DNA of 64,000 nucleotides from Macrostomum lignano (taxonomy: Eukaryota), in NCBI GenBank assembly GCA_002269645.1, contig NIVC01000037.1, positions 1,116,001 through 1,180,000 of the forward strand, given 5' to 3'. Below, in pieces: positions 44,001-56,589 of this stretch (position 1 is its first letter; every line of letters starts with the position of its first letter). Below the pieces are notes generated by a model. That model made no database searches and had not been told where the DNA came from. It worked only from the letters and a program-made list of their open reading frames with translations. Position numbers and translations under genes: made by a program.

Positions 44001-46037
44001 CAGCCTTCAGATGCGCCGCGCAATAGCTGCGGCTGAGCTTTCGGTTGCACATCTGTCCATTAGGGAAGATGTAATCAATTATTTCTCTAAGTAAAAAGAA
44101 TTAATTTCTGGTAGCTCAGCTCCAGTCTATATTTGTTTCGCATTCGTAATCATGTAGATTGTACATTCGAAGCAAAGCATACTACTTGTGTACAATTCCT
44201 TTTATACTGTGTCTTATAAGCGTCAGAATTACGTACAGTGCCATTCGGCATCCTGAATCCAAACTCATTAGAATCAATAAAATCATCAGAATATGAACTA
44301 CAGAAAATACGGAATTTCAAGGCCACATTACAAACAAACGTGGGCTACAAGCCATACGCTCGTACTACGAGTAGTATGCTTTAAAGGGCCTTAAATTTGA
44401 GTCATAACAGTTGATCAATTATGTTTATATTAAACTGATACAAAACTGATTGTGAGATTGTGTGCTGATAAATTAAAAGCGGTTAATTAGCGGTTAAATC
44501 AGCTCGGACAGCAACTATCTAATATAAACCATAAATAATTATAGTAGCAACCTCTTTATTACTCACTGAGCCGTTAAAAAGTAAATTTTAAACGCAATCT
44601 AAAGCGTAAATAGCGAATTCAAAAAGAAACTGAATGATATTAGATTGTAAGTCACACAATTAAATTTAATTTTATAATTGGTAATTATGTTTGACAAAAC
44701 GTGACAAACTCGCTTATTAAAGTGACATTATTTTGTATATCTGCAACAAATTAACGGTTAAAACTAAAATTACCTCTTCTTCAGACTGAAAAATGAATTG
44801 AGAAGTCACTACTAATTATCAAGACCAATTTAAATTGAATTAAAAAAAGAAAATAACTAACTAACTCAGCTGAAATGGACGCTTCTGTTTACCCAGGAAA
44901 TGACACTATTTACCCAGGAAATGACACTATTTACCCAGGAAATGACACTATTTACCCAGGAAATGACACTGTTTACCCAGGAAATGACACTGTTTACCCA
45001 GGAAATGACACTGTTTACCCAGGAAATGACACTGTTCACCCAGGAAATGACACTATTTACCCAGGAAATGACACTGTTTACCCAGGAAATGACACTATTT
45101 ACCCAGGAAATGACACTGTTTACCCTGAAAATGACACTGTTTACCCAGGAAATGACACTGTTTACCCTGAAAATGACACTATTTACCCAGGAAATGACAC
45201 TATTTACCCAGGAAATGACACTATTTACCCAGGAAATGACACTATTTACCCAGGAAATGACACTATTTACCCAGGAAATGACACTATTTACCCAGGAAAT
45301 GACACTATTTACCCTGAAAATGACACTATTTACCCAGGAAATGAGACTATTTACCCAGGAAATGACACTATTTACCCAGGAAATGACACTATTTACCCAG
45401 GAAATGACACTATTTACCCAGGAAATGACACTATTTACCCAGGAAATGAGACTATTTACCCAGGAAATGACACTATTTACCCAGGAAATGACACTATTTA
45501 CCCAGGAAATGACACTGTTTACCCTAAAAATGACACTATTTGCCCTAGAAATGACACTTTTAGCCCTGGTAATGACACTATTTATGACCACCTAGATATC
45601 ACCCTATTTGACCAATCGGAAATGGCACGGGAAATGGAATGATACTATTGCCAATTTCACTGACACTGATGAGTACCTGCAAACACCTTACAAATAGCTC
45701 ATAATTAGCTTACCTCTCTCAAGCAGGCGGCCGACTTTTCATTAGACTCCCTACAGAAGGCCAGCATATCGAGTTTCTCTTGTTCGCCCTGCTCCAACTG
45801 TTCAAGCAACTGTTTCACTTGGCGCAGCAGGTCGACTCGCTCCCGCTTCAAGTCCTCAATCTCCTTACAGGTCCGCTGCGCAGCACTGTCGGGGCCGTCA
45901 GAGACGGACAATTCAACGCTGGAATCGTCGCTATCCGATGAATCTTCGCCGCTACTGCTGGCTGAGGCGCTGCCATCTTCGTCTGTTAGCTTCTGATTGT
46001 TATTATTATTTGCAGACGACTTATTGTTGGTTGTCAT
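41022..46037 (-). CDS. KAZN: Kazrin/liprin-family protein (coiled coil + tandem SAM domains)
   Basis: complement join(45714..46037,42973..43575,41735..42453,41022..41415), phases consistent. LSRWRAEHVAAW...YAERLQATVKSGDILARLTDSDMQRELAIQEPLHRRRLRLAI matches kazrin SAM1, and further SAM-like blocks follow. Confidence 0.8.
41485..41560. repeat. 16-bp short tandem repeat (cagccacttgactgct)
   Basis: 4-5 units in kazrin intron 3. Confidence 0.75.
42470..42845. repeat. About 20-24-bp minisatellite (gtgtcactgactggactata), kazrin intron 2
   Basis: About 17 units. Confidence 0.9.
43675..43930 (-). mobile_element. tRNA-derived SINE, copy 3 (internal deletion)
   Basis: Head ctagcctagtggttagagtccggactcacgactgaaaggtcgggggttcgattc on the minus strand, with the shared body. 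Confidence 0.85.
43935..44100 (+). mobile_element. tRNA-derived SINE, copy 4 (3' half), inverted relative to copy 3
   Basis: cattagttggggtaattgagggtgtgtggcg...ggttgcacatctgtccattagggaagatgtaatcaatt is the reverse complement of about 43675-43825. Confidence 0.85.
44885..45590. repeat. 21-bp minisatellite (gacactatttacccaggaaat), kazrin intron 1
   Basis: About 33 units. Source of the YPGNDTI pseudo-ORF. Confidence 0.95.
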
Positions 46038-46043
46038 GGCAAC
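46030..46043. promoter_or_regulatory. Near-canonical RFX X-box overlapping the kazrin-like start codon
   Basis: GTTGTCATGGCAAC has one mismatch to the palindrome GTTGCCATGGCAAC. Its CAT (46035-46037) is the minus-strand ATG. Confidence 0.45.
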
Positions 46044-46703
46044 TCTTCAATTAGGCTTCTTATATGTCTAGTGCAGAGAAAGATCCTTCTTTAGCAGTCG
46101 ATAGGACAGGCAGAAACAATAGCCAATTGGCCAACTATGGAGCTGGCTGAATTCGCCATGAATTTGAATTATAGAACAATAATTAATTTGCACTACTGAT
46201 GTCAGTAATACTAACAGCAAAAGACAATTTTTATTTCAAGAAACAATTAACTACAACTTGATTAAATGCCTAATTCAGAATTTACTTTGCTATTTAAATT
46301 ACTAATATATACGACTTCAATACTAGCTTCAATGACACTAAGGCAACTGGGCTAATAAACAAAGCCAACGCACTCACTCACACTTGTCTTAAAGTCTGCC
46401 AATAATATAAAAAACAGCAGGCATGCAGATTAGCCCATTTACTAATTAGTTAAGTCTGCAATACAACCGAACAAGCAAAGTGAAATCAATCACAAATAAT
46501 CAGTAGTTGAAGCAATAGTATTTGAGCAATAAATAACAAAGCTGAGACCGACGTTAAGGTAGGGAAAATAATTCACAAGTTTGCATTGCCATCGATATTT
46601 AAATGCGCACGGCTTAGTTGACAAGCAAATTTTACAGCAAATAAATGTTCATTTCTACTATTGCTCTACTTAGTAAGTAGCAACACAAGCACATTGAAGA
46701 CAT

Positions 46704-49700
46704 TCACTCGGAAAAGTCGGCTTGATCAACAAATTCTAACAAAGATTTCTCCTCGGCGCGAACAAATCGATATAGCAATTCAGCCAAATTATCGTGACAC
46801 CTGTCCATCTGGGCGGCCATTCTAGCATCGAATCCGACAGCTGTAGGCTTCTTCTCATCGGCATTAACTGGCGGGAACAGGTTCAGCTCGATACCTGCGC
46901 TATTATGCAACAATGCCAGTTCCTCAATGGTCTCGGGTAGGATGACGTAATCAGCAAATTGTGGGCAATATTTGAAGCTGGAGCGCCCTCTGATTAGATT
47001 CAATAGCGCGTCTAGCTGGTGCTGGCGCTGCTGCTGTCCCTCGGTTTCTTCGTCTGGCCAGTCCCGCTGCAGCAGCACCAGACAGTGGCCGATGAGGCAG
47101 TCTGGCGCATCGCTAGAGCTGTCAGCCCGGCTGGCTAAGCCAACTAGAAGATCCGCCAAGGTGGCCACCAGCAGGCGCAGCGCCAGGCCGCAGGTTAGCG
47201 GCGCGAGGCACGGCGCCGCGGCCGGAGGTTGAGCGTCGGCTAGCGAGATGGCGGGCGCCGGTGACGAGAGAGATATCAGGCTGCCATCGGACGGCGACAG
47301 GGCTTGGCAGCAGGCCAGGAGCGGGCGGACTGAGGCGGCCTGTGCGATAGATAAAAGTACACAGTTTTAAAGTGCAAAACTGAGTAAAACTGATGATAGA
47401 TAGATAGACGCTGCATAAATATGTAATTGTGTCTAACAGGGACTAATAGAAGATCATTAGACAGGTGTAACTATGGATCAAACAGGATTCTGGTGAGACT
47501 AAATATCTAACAGGATCAGATTGAGGATTAGCAGAGGTCACTAACTTTTTACCTGCCCAAATGGGCAGATGTGCAACCGACAGCTCAGCCGCAGCTATTG
47601 CGCAGCGCACCTGAGGCTGCGTACGGCTGTTCAGTCCAAGGACGGGTTGAGGTCGCCACACACCCTCAATTACCCCAGCTAATGCTGGCACCCATTTTAC
47701 AGCTCATGGGTGAACTGAAGCAATGCAGAGTTAAGTGTCTTGCTCAAGGACACAATTTGTTCCAGTGGGGTCGAGAATCGAACCCCCGACCTTTTAGTCG
47801 TGAGCTCGATGCTCTAACCACTAGGCTACAAACCATCTACGCCGCTAAATATCTAACAGGAACATGTGTGGGATCATCAGAGATGGTGTTAACAAACCAT
47901 AGCTCCCTGCAGCTGAAGGCACTGAGCCTCATAATAGAGCCTGTGCTCAGTAGGCCAAGCCTCCGGCCCTGACGCAAGCAGGCGCAGCTCCTTCAAGCAG
48001 GCAGCCGGCTGTCCAATGTACAGCAGGTGCTCAGACACGATGCTATCTAACCAAGCCAGCCTGACAGCGCCCCGACGCTGCAGTCGATCCTTGATCGAAT
48101 CAATTCTTCGCTGCAATTCCGGCCAATCCCGTATTAGCCAAACAATATTGCTGGCCGATAAAAAAGCTTTAGAGGCTTCGCGCGAGCAATTGAAACTGTT
48201 GGCATTTGCAGTTTGTCGGCTACTGGGCGAAGGCAGTGCAACAGTAGGATGGCGTGACTGGACGAAGCGCTCTCCAAGTTGGACGCGTCGATGCCCTGGT
48301 GAGCAGTTGCCGACGTGACTGACTGTGGCGACGTTGGAGGCGTTGGCGATGTTGAACCCGACTGCTGCCGGGCCAGACGGTAAAATCGATTGGCGGCTTC
48401 CGCTAGAAGAAGCAGACTAACTGCGGCCAGAGACTTGATCTAGTGGAGGAAAATATTTGGAAATCGCATCTAATCATGTCTTTGTCCAGACGCAAAATGG
48501 CATCTCTTTTATGCATAATAAACCCAATCTAAACGACATCTAGCGATAACAAATGGCACCTAGCGATTACAAATGGCACGTCCTAGCGATAGCAAATGGC
48601 ACCTAGCGATTACAAATGGCACTTAGCGATTACAAATGGCACCTAGCGATAGCAAATGGCACCTAGCGATAACAAATGGTACCTGGTAGGAAAAAATGGT
48701 GCCAACCGATAACAAATGGCACCTAGCGATAACAAATGGCACCTGGTAAAAACAAATGGCACCTAGCGATAACAAATGGCACCTAGCGATAACAAATGAC
48801 ACCTAGCGATAACAAATGGCATCTAGCGATTACAAATGGCACCTAGCGATTACAAATGACACCTAGCGATAACAAATGCCATCTAGCGATAAAAAATGAC
48901 ATCTAGCGATAACAAATCTTCTACCAATACTAAACTCTTCTTAATACTATGACTACATTAATGTCCGTCAGTTCTCGAGTAAATAAATAAATGTAAAGTT
49001 TAAGCACCTGATTAGAATCCAATTCTGAACTAGCTGCAGCCGATAGTACAGAATCCGGCTGCCCTCTGGCCAGCTGATGCAACTGCAGGCCCAGCTGGTG
49101 GCACAGCCTATCAGCCAGTTGGCGGCCAGCTACCGGCCAAGAATTGCCAGATAGTTGCCAGCTGTCCAGCAGTGCTTGCTGCTGCTGCTGTGCAGAGCCC
49201 ACAGCAACGTAAAATTCCATAGACATTGTTAACAACTTTCGAAGTAATTTTGAACTTAATTGCACGCTGCCACTACTTGCATTGGCGCCGTCTAGTAGTA
49301 CGGGAAGCACATCCACAACTAGGCATTTTCGATGCTTGTTGAGCACTGTGTCTTCGCAAGAGTCCTACAAAAGTAGAGCGATGGGGATAGGTTATAGATC
49401 GCAGGCATTAAAAAACTGGTCGAGTTTTGAGTTACATCAAAATGCCAACTACGTCAACTGAATCAACTAAACCGGCACTGGAATGGCATCTCCCCAGACC
49501 GAAATGGCACCTCTTTACACTGAAATTGCATCTCTCCACACTGAAATGGCATCTCTCCACACTGAAGTGGAATCTTTCCAAACTGAAATGCCATCTCTAA
49601 ACAGACATGGCACCTCTCCACACTGAAATGGCATCTCTAAACAGACATGGCATCTCTCCACACTAAAATGGCATCTCTAAACAGACATGGCATCTCTCCA

Positions 49701-52345
49701 CGACTCCACACTGAAATGGCACTCTCCACACTGAAGTGGAATCTTTCCAAACTGAAATGCCATCTCTAAACAGACATGGCACCTCTCCACACTGAAATGG
49801 CATCTCTAAACAGACATGGCATCTCTCCACACTAAAATGGCATCTCTAAACAGACATGGCATCTCTCCACGACTCCACACTGAAATGGCACTCTCCACAC
49901 TGAAGTGGAATCTTTCCAAACTGAAATGCCATCTCTAAACAGACATGGCACCTCTCCACACTGAAATGGCATCTCTAAACAGACATGGCATCTCTCCACA
50001 CTAAAATGGCATCTCTAAACAGACATGGCATCTCTCCACACTGAAGTGGAATCTCTCCACATTGAAATGCCATCTCTAAACAGACATGGCACCTCTCCAC
50101 ACTGAAGTGGAATCTCTCCACATTGAAATGAATGAAATGAATGAATGAATGAATGAAAATGAAATGAATCTCTCCACACTGAAGTGGCATCTCTCTACAC
50201 TGAAGCGGCATCTCTCCACACTGAAATGGAATCTTTCCAAACTGAAATGCCATCTCTAAACAGACATGGCACCTCTCCACACTAAAATGGCATCTCTAAA
50301 CAGACATGGCATCTCTCCACACTGAAGTGGAATCTCTCCACATTGAAATGCCATCTCTAAACAGACATGGCATCTCTCCACACTGAAGTGGAATCTCTCC
50401 ACATAGAAATGCTATCTCTAAACAGACATGGCATCTCTCCACACTGAAGTGGAATCTCTCCACATAGAAATGCTATCTCTAAACAGACATGGCACCTCTC
50501 CACACTGAAGTGGAATCTCTCCACATTGAAATGAATGAAATGAATGAATGAATGAATGAATGAAAATGAAATGAATCTCTCCACACTGAAGTGGCATCTC
50601 TCTACACTGAAGCGGCATCTCTCCACACTGAAATGGAATCTTTCCAAACTGAAATGCCATCTCTAAACAGACATGGCACCTCTCCACAGAGAAATGCCAT
50701 CCCTAAACAGACATGGCATCTCTCCACACTGAAGTGGAATCTCTCCACATTGAAATGCCATCTCAAAACAGACATGGCATCTCTCCACACTGAAGCGGCA
50801 TCTCTCCACACTGAAATGGAATCTTTCCAAACTGAAATGCCATCTCTAAACAGACATGGCATCTCTCCACACTGAAGTGGAATCTCTCCACATTGAAATG
50901 CCATCTCTAAACAGACATGGCATCTCTCCACACTGAAGTGGCATCTCTCCACACTGAAATTGAATCTTTCCAAACTGAAATGCCATCTCTAAACAGACAT
51001 GGCACCTCTCCACATTGAAATGCCATCTCTAAACAGACATGGCATCTCTCCACACTGAAGTGGAATCTCTCCACACTGAAGTGGAATCTCTCCACATTTG
51101 AAATGCCATCTCTAAACAGACATGGCACCTCTACATACTGAAATGACATCTCTCCACACTGAAATGGAATCTCTCCACACTGAAATGCATCTCTCCACAC
51201 TGAAATGGAATCTCTCCACACTGAAATGGAATCTCTCCACACTGAAATGGAATCTCTCCACACTGAAATGGCATCTCTCCACACTGAAATGGCATTTCTC
51301 CACACTGAAATGGAATCTCTCCACACTGAAATGGCATCTCTCCACACTGAAATGGAATCTCTCCACAGTGAAATGGCATCTCTCCACACTGAAATGGAAT
51401 CTCTCCACACTGAAATGGCATCTCTCCACACTGAAATGGAATCTCTCCACACTGAAATGGAATCTCCACACTGAAATGGAATCTCTCCACACTGAATGGC
51501 ATCTCTCCACACTGAAATGGCATTTCTCCACACTGAAATGGAATCTCTCCACACTGAAATGGCATCTCTCCACACTGAAATGGCATCTCTCCACACTGAA
51601 ATGGAATCTCTCCACACTGAAATGGAATCTCTCCACACTGAAATGGCATCTCTTCAAACCTGAATAGCTGAAAACAATCAATACAGACACATCGAAGCAG
51701 CCTAGATATAGATTCAAGTGCTTGAACGGTTTGGATTGCAAGGAACGAACCTGTTCAGCCGCTAGCAGAGCTTCAACAAGCGACGAGCCTTGCTGTGCAG
51801 CCACAGACGGATATTGTTGAATAGCGTAGAGCAATAGGCCAGCCTGCTCTAGGGCGCTGCCAACTGATTGGCCATATTTCAGCAACAGCTCGCCATTGCA
51901 GCCGGCCGGGCAGGCGGCCAAACAGTGCGGTTGAGGGCGGCATCTCCATCAGCTTTAGTCACGCCTTCCAGTACTCGGCTGAGCTCCTGATAAAACAGCG
52001 CCTCGTTGGGATTTTCGGCGTACATTTGCATGAAAGCGGCCGCCGCCGCGTCCCAATCGGCTTCATCTCTGGCTAACTGATAGGCCCAGCGGCGAACTTT
52101 GAAACTGTCTCGCCAAAGGCATTTAGCCAGTGCCAGATGACACCTGGCTAGCTGATAATCACCTTGGCTAGAGCGGGTTTCAATTGCTGAGCAGACGAAA
52201 TCAACATCAGCTTCTAAGCGTTTCGATGCCGGCACTAATGGAGGCGGCTCGGTGGAACCTGATGAAGACGATGGGGCAGAGGCTGGAGCGAGGAACCAGA
52301 CGATGGCGGTGCAGCTTTGCGCTTTAGCTTGTTTGATGACGACAT
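46704..52345 (-). CDS. INTS10: Integrator complex subunit 10 (four apparent 1-nt indels as sequenced)
   Basis: complement join(51751..52345,49008..49364,47898..48439,46704..47339). Matches INTS10 blocks (from memory): ALFGRLPGRLQCELLLK vs SLFETLPGRVQCEMLLK; NKHRKCLVVDVLP vs NCFRKLFVCDVLP; GHCLVLLQRDWP vs GHVMVLLQQEWP; LLYRFVRAEEKSLL vs VLHRFCINEKILLL. Confidence 0.85.
47545..47830 (-). mobile_element. tRNA-derived SINE, copy 5 (most complete), INTS10 intron 3
   Basis: Head ggtttgtagcctagtggttagagcatcgagctcacgactaaaaggtcgggggttcgattc, full body and 3' part. Confidence 0.87.
48540..48915. repeat. 20-bp minisatellite (ctagcgataacaaatggcac), INTS10 intron 2
   Basis: About 18 units. Confidence 0.92.
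49485..51652. repeat. 21-bp-based complex minisatellite (atggcatctctccacactgaa) with higher-order blocks and (gaat)n inserts, INTS10 intron 1
   Basis: About 100 units. Duplicated blocks carry the (gaat)n tract near 50125 and 50530. Confidence 0.95.
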
Positions 52346-53356
52346 TCCAAAGGAAAATAAATACAATGGCTGCACTGAAAATGTTTCATTATTTGAGTTT
52401 ATGCTCAATTATATTTTTTGTGCTTTTGTGAATTATTTACATCATTGTTAAGTCGATGGCCTGAGTGGGTAGCTTTATAAAGCTATTGATAAAGTTCCTA
52501 ATAAAGCTGTTGATGAAGAGCTGCCAATAAAGCTGTTAATGAAACAGCTGATATTGCTAACACTAATAAACTTGCATTAGCCTAAGACAGCTATTTACCT
52601 TTATTATAGATAATAAAAGCTGCAATATAAAATGTAACATGTCAAGTATTTCTCTAAATTCATTGTGTTCATTGCAATTTCCATTGAACATAGGCTATAT
52701 TTAGGAAAATCTAGGCCTTTAAGCTAACAAAGCAACAAAGCAGCTAATAGCCCTATTGCAGCCAGAGTTTGAATTGCTCTAGATGCCCCATGTAACAATC
52801 TTATTCTATATTTACCTGCAAAGCATTTGGCTTTTAGGTCATATTTTTAAAAAAGTTATTACTAGTTAGCTTATTGAAAAAGATTTTTGGTAACAACTAC
52901 TTCAATGACAAGGTTTAGACTAGTTAGTAATAGCCTCAATCAAATCAGTGATATTGCTATAAATTATAAGACTTACTTAAGTAAATACAACTTATACATA
53001 AATAAGAATATATATATAGAAAGACTACATAGAAAGTATGTATCCCTCTACTTAAGTGCACATATCTCTTAAAATCCAAATCCAAATCAATCCTGGTTTA
53101 AGTCATTTTAAAGAAGAGGCATGCTGCTTTCAAACGATACCAAACTTATGTCAATGCAACTTACCAAACGTTTGCTACAAGTAAAAGTAACACTACTTAC
53201 TTTCCAGACACCTCTTATAGATTGTCTATTGCTGCTTTGATTATTACCTGATCAATATATTGCCAAATTCTCTTATTGCTAGATTGACTAGACTACAATC
53301 TAGAAGCTAAAAAAGGTAATATCATTTGAAAAGAATTAGCTAAGCTAGGGGCCTAG

Positions 53357-54020
53357 GTATCCACATTTTGGTGCTTGTGCTTTTTGGTGCCTAGTGTTTA
53401 AGTACCCCAGCTTGCTTTTTAGTGCCTAAATTATAATTTAGAATTGGACACAAAAATATAGACAGTGAGCCCTAATTTAGCAATAAGTGCTTTGCTTTTG
53501 CAGTACTTATTTACTTTAAAAAACGAAGGTATTATTTAGTTTGTTAACTGACCTGGTATTTTAATTAAAAAAATAGTTTTATTTCATTTAATTTTTTCTC
53601 TAGTCTTGCATTCAATTCTAAAAAAAAAGATATGATTAAAAAAAATCAATACTAAAATAGACAAGTTATATGGATTTCAATCAAAACTACATGTAGCATT
53701 ATTAATAGATTTTATCTTTACCTAACTAAGTCTTCATAGCATGCTTGCTAGGTATAGCCTTATATTTGTATAAATGATATAGCAAATGTGTGCAATTAAA
53801 TTGATTGGATTTTTTAAAACTAAAAAAACATACTAGTTTATCAAAATAAATACTAATCTTATTAAAAATATTAAACATTTAAAAAATTATTCATTATGTT
53901 TGTTATAGGATTTTTTATTATTATCATTTTTGCATTATAGATAAAGATGCTGAAAAGCAATCTGAGGCACCAAAATGCAGGGCACCAAAATGCATAGGCA
54001 CCAAAATGCATAGAAACTAG
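53357..54020 (+). mobile_element. MITE-like element copy A (ggtatcc... terminus, GGCACCAAAA subterminal repeats)
   Basis: Homologous along its length to the reverse complement of 56590-57453. Both ends carry repeated ttttggtgcc / ggcaccaaaa. Confidence 0.7.
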
Positions 54021-54044
54021 GGCCTAAGCATAGGGGCCTAATAT

Positions 54045-54845
54045 TGGCATACTTTCATTATAGAAGACCCAAAAATGCGTGACTTATAATGGAAGACCCA
54101 TGGAAAAGGGGAAGAAATCAATCGAAAAACGAGCATTCACTAACAAAATGAAAGCGTAGCAAAAGTTAATTCCACACAAAGTTGATGCTTTAATTGACAG
54201 TGCTTAATTTCACACAAAGTTGTTATACTGTAATTGCAAGCGTTTATTCCACCAATCTCATACCCAGCCTGGCACCCTCCCTCACCTTCAAAAAAGAAGA
54301 CCCAACTCATTTCACCTAAGTATTTACAACACTGAGGTCTTGCATTACGAAAGTAAGAGACCTTAATGTTAAACTTACTTCTGCAGAATTTCCAACAGGT
54401 AACCGACAATGAACATCGTGATGTCCATTGGGTGCAGCTTTGACCTCTCTTAAAAGCTTCCATATCCCCTACTTTTGTTTCAGAAGACCTTTAATGGATG
54501 CTTAACATTGTCAGTCTTTTAAAACAAAACTGTATATATCATAGAAAATGTACCCAAGGCCGACACAGGAAAACAAACCCTACGTTTCTGCAGCTTTTGT
54601 TGCTGCCACCCCTACTACCTTCGTTTTGGAAGACCTTCAATGAAATAGTAGCTTGACGGTCTTCTAAAACGAAACTGTAATATAAACTATAATAAAGGAC
54701 ACACAAAGCCATTAAGAATAAACAAACAAAATAATAGACAACAATATATGAGTAGCTTCTTATGTATTAGGCGGGTCTTCTTTTTTGAAACTGCCAGCTT
54801 CCTATTTAATACATAGAGGGTCTTCTAAAACAAAAGAATGCCCTA
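54045..54845. mobile_element. Possible second non-autonomous DNA element with imperfect TIRs (ggcatactttcattatagaagaccc / gggtcttctaaaacaaaagaatgcc)
   Basis: Inverted terminal match and several internal agaagacc / ggtcttct motifs. Confidence 0.45.
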
Positions 54846-55887
54846 ATATTATAATTGTTTGTTATTTTGTTTTTAGTAAATTTAGATTTCTTAAGCAAAA
54901 CCTTTTATAGGCCTATTATAGGCCTACCTATACTTAAAAATGTTTGGCTTATATTAAATACTAGGCCTAGCTACCTAGAGGGGGCTTATCCTGACTCCCG
55001 TTGAGTCCTACTCCTAATCATAAATAAGGATTATATGCTGATTTCTAGCTAGACTATAGCCTAGGATTTCAAGTTACTTTTTCTTTTGTAATGTTTCAAT
55101 TTCAAAACAAAAACATTATCATTAGGGCCACTAACATCAAAATCAGCACAATAATATTGTAAGACAAGTAAGTGCAAATTCATATGTCCTTAAATCAAAT
55201 GACAAATGCCAATCTGTTATCTGGGATGAAACTTCTCCAAAGAGCATAGAAAATCTGCATAAAATTCAAGCACCCACATATAGACCGGTAGACCCTAGTT
55301 GTAATTGTAATCAGCTGTTATTTTGCAGGTAAAAACGTCTAATTTAAATTGGGAATTGCCTAATTGACTAGGCCTAACGACAATGGAAAGGAAATGAAAA
55401 GTTTCAATGTCTACAAACATATTGTATTTATTTAAACATTGATAACAATCGATATTATTGTCCTGATTGTGAAAACACTAAATCGTATTCAATTTGAAAC
55501 TGGACATTTCACATCAGAAATTTTTTAATATCATATTTGACAGTTATTAAAGACGATATTGTTATTTAATCGCATTTCTTTTTAGTCGCACGCGCACGTA
55601 CGATCGGAGGGAATTCCGAGGAGGACTGAACAGTTGATTCCGATTTCATGCGGAATTTAAAAATGTTTTTATTTTAAAACTGACATTAAACAAAGCTGCT
55701 TATAACAGCTCATTCGTTAAGAAGATTTTACGACTTTATTGTTGCTTAGTGAATTTTATCGACTTTTTCACACAACGCAATATTTTTCTCAAGTATGTTT
55801 TCCTGTGAATAATACTCCTTGCTTTCTTAGAATGGGTCACTAATTTGAGGGGACGAGGCGTTGTTGGCATCGAAGGCATGCAATGAC

Positions 55888-56165
55888 TAGAGCTCGGCAC
55901 CGTACCGGAACCTGTTTTCTAACGGCTATGGATCCGGCAGTGCATTATAATATAGACAGAACATTATAATTTTCTTTCTACAGGTATTGATATTGAGATT
56001 TTGTTCTAAATAAGATTCAAGACGATATGATAAGATTCGAAACAACAAGATGCTTCTAATGTTCAGACTTGTTAAGATATGTTCTTAGTAGTGTTTTGGT
56101 ATGCTTTTATACGGCACTGCCGGATCCATAGCTGTTAGAAAACGGGTCCCGGTGCCGAAACTCTA
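55888..56165. mobile_element. MITE with about 55-bp TIRs (tagagctcggcacc... / ...ggtgccgaaactcta), hAT-like
   Basis: TIR arms include gttttctaacggctatggatccggcagtgc and its reverse complement. Flanks gcaatgac / gccattac match at 6 of 8 positions, a degenerate 8-bp TSD. Confidence 0.75.
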
Positions 56166-56589
56166 GCCATTACCAGCATCGAAACTCAACTCTGTTGCTA
56201 AGTCCCCAAATCCATGCAGGAACTTAGAGCTCCACTTTGAGAGTGATGAAAAAATTCATCTCAACTTTAGCCCCTACCACCCAACCACAATGTGAACATA
56301 GCATTGACCATCTATGTTGATGCTTGAGTCCTAAATTCCAGGGACTTAATTAAGAGTGCCCCTTGGCCCTTAGTACTCACTTTGAAACTGGCAATATTCA
56401 TTTATTTGAACTAGGCTACTACCCTAACTGTATCAAAGCAATAGCTCAAAATATGATATCCAAAACTTTCCATTTAGGCCTAGTAGAATAATAAACTTTC
56501 TATTGTTCTCTGTTGGTAAAACTATATTAAAATTTTGTAAAATAGTTAAATGTGTAAAACTAGAGGATAGCCACATTTCTCTAGGTTTC

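Noticed and set aside
44866-45642. YPGNDTI repeat protein
   Set aside because: 21-bp array inside kazrin intron 1, with no splice or codon evidence.
47760-47830. tRNA gene
   Set aside because: The tRNA-like head has poor acceptor and anticodon stem pairing, varies between copies and continues into a shared SINE body.
54140-54463. 107-aa Cys-containing ORF as a transposase remnant
   Set aside because: No convincing DDE or zinc-finger motif is recognisable by eye.
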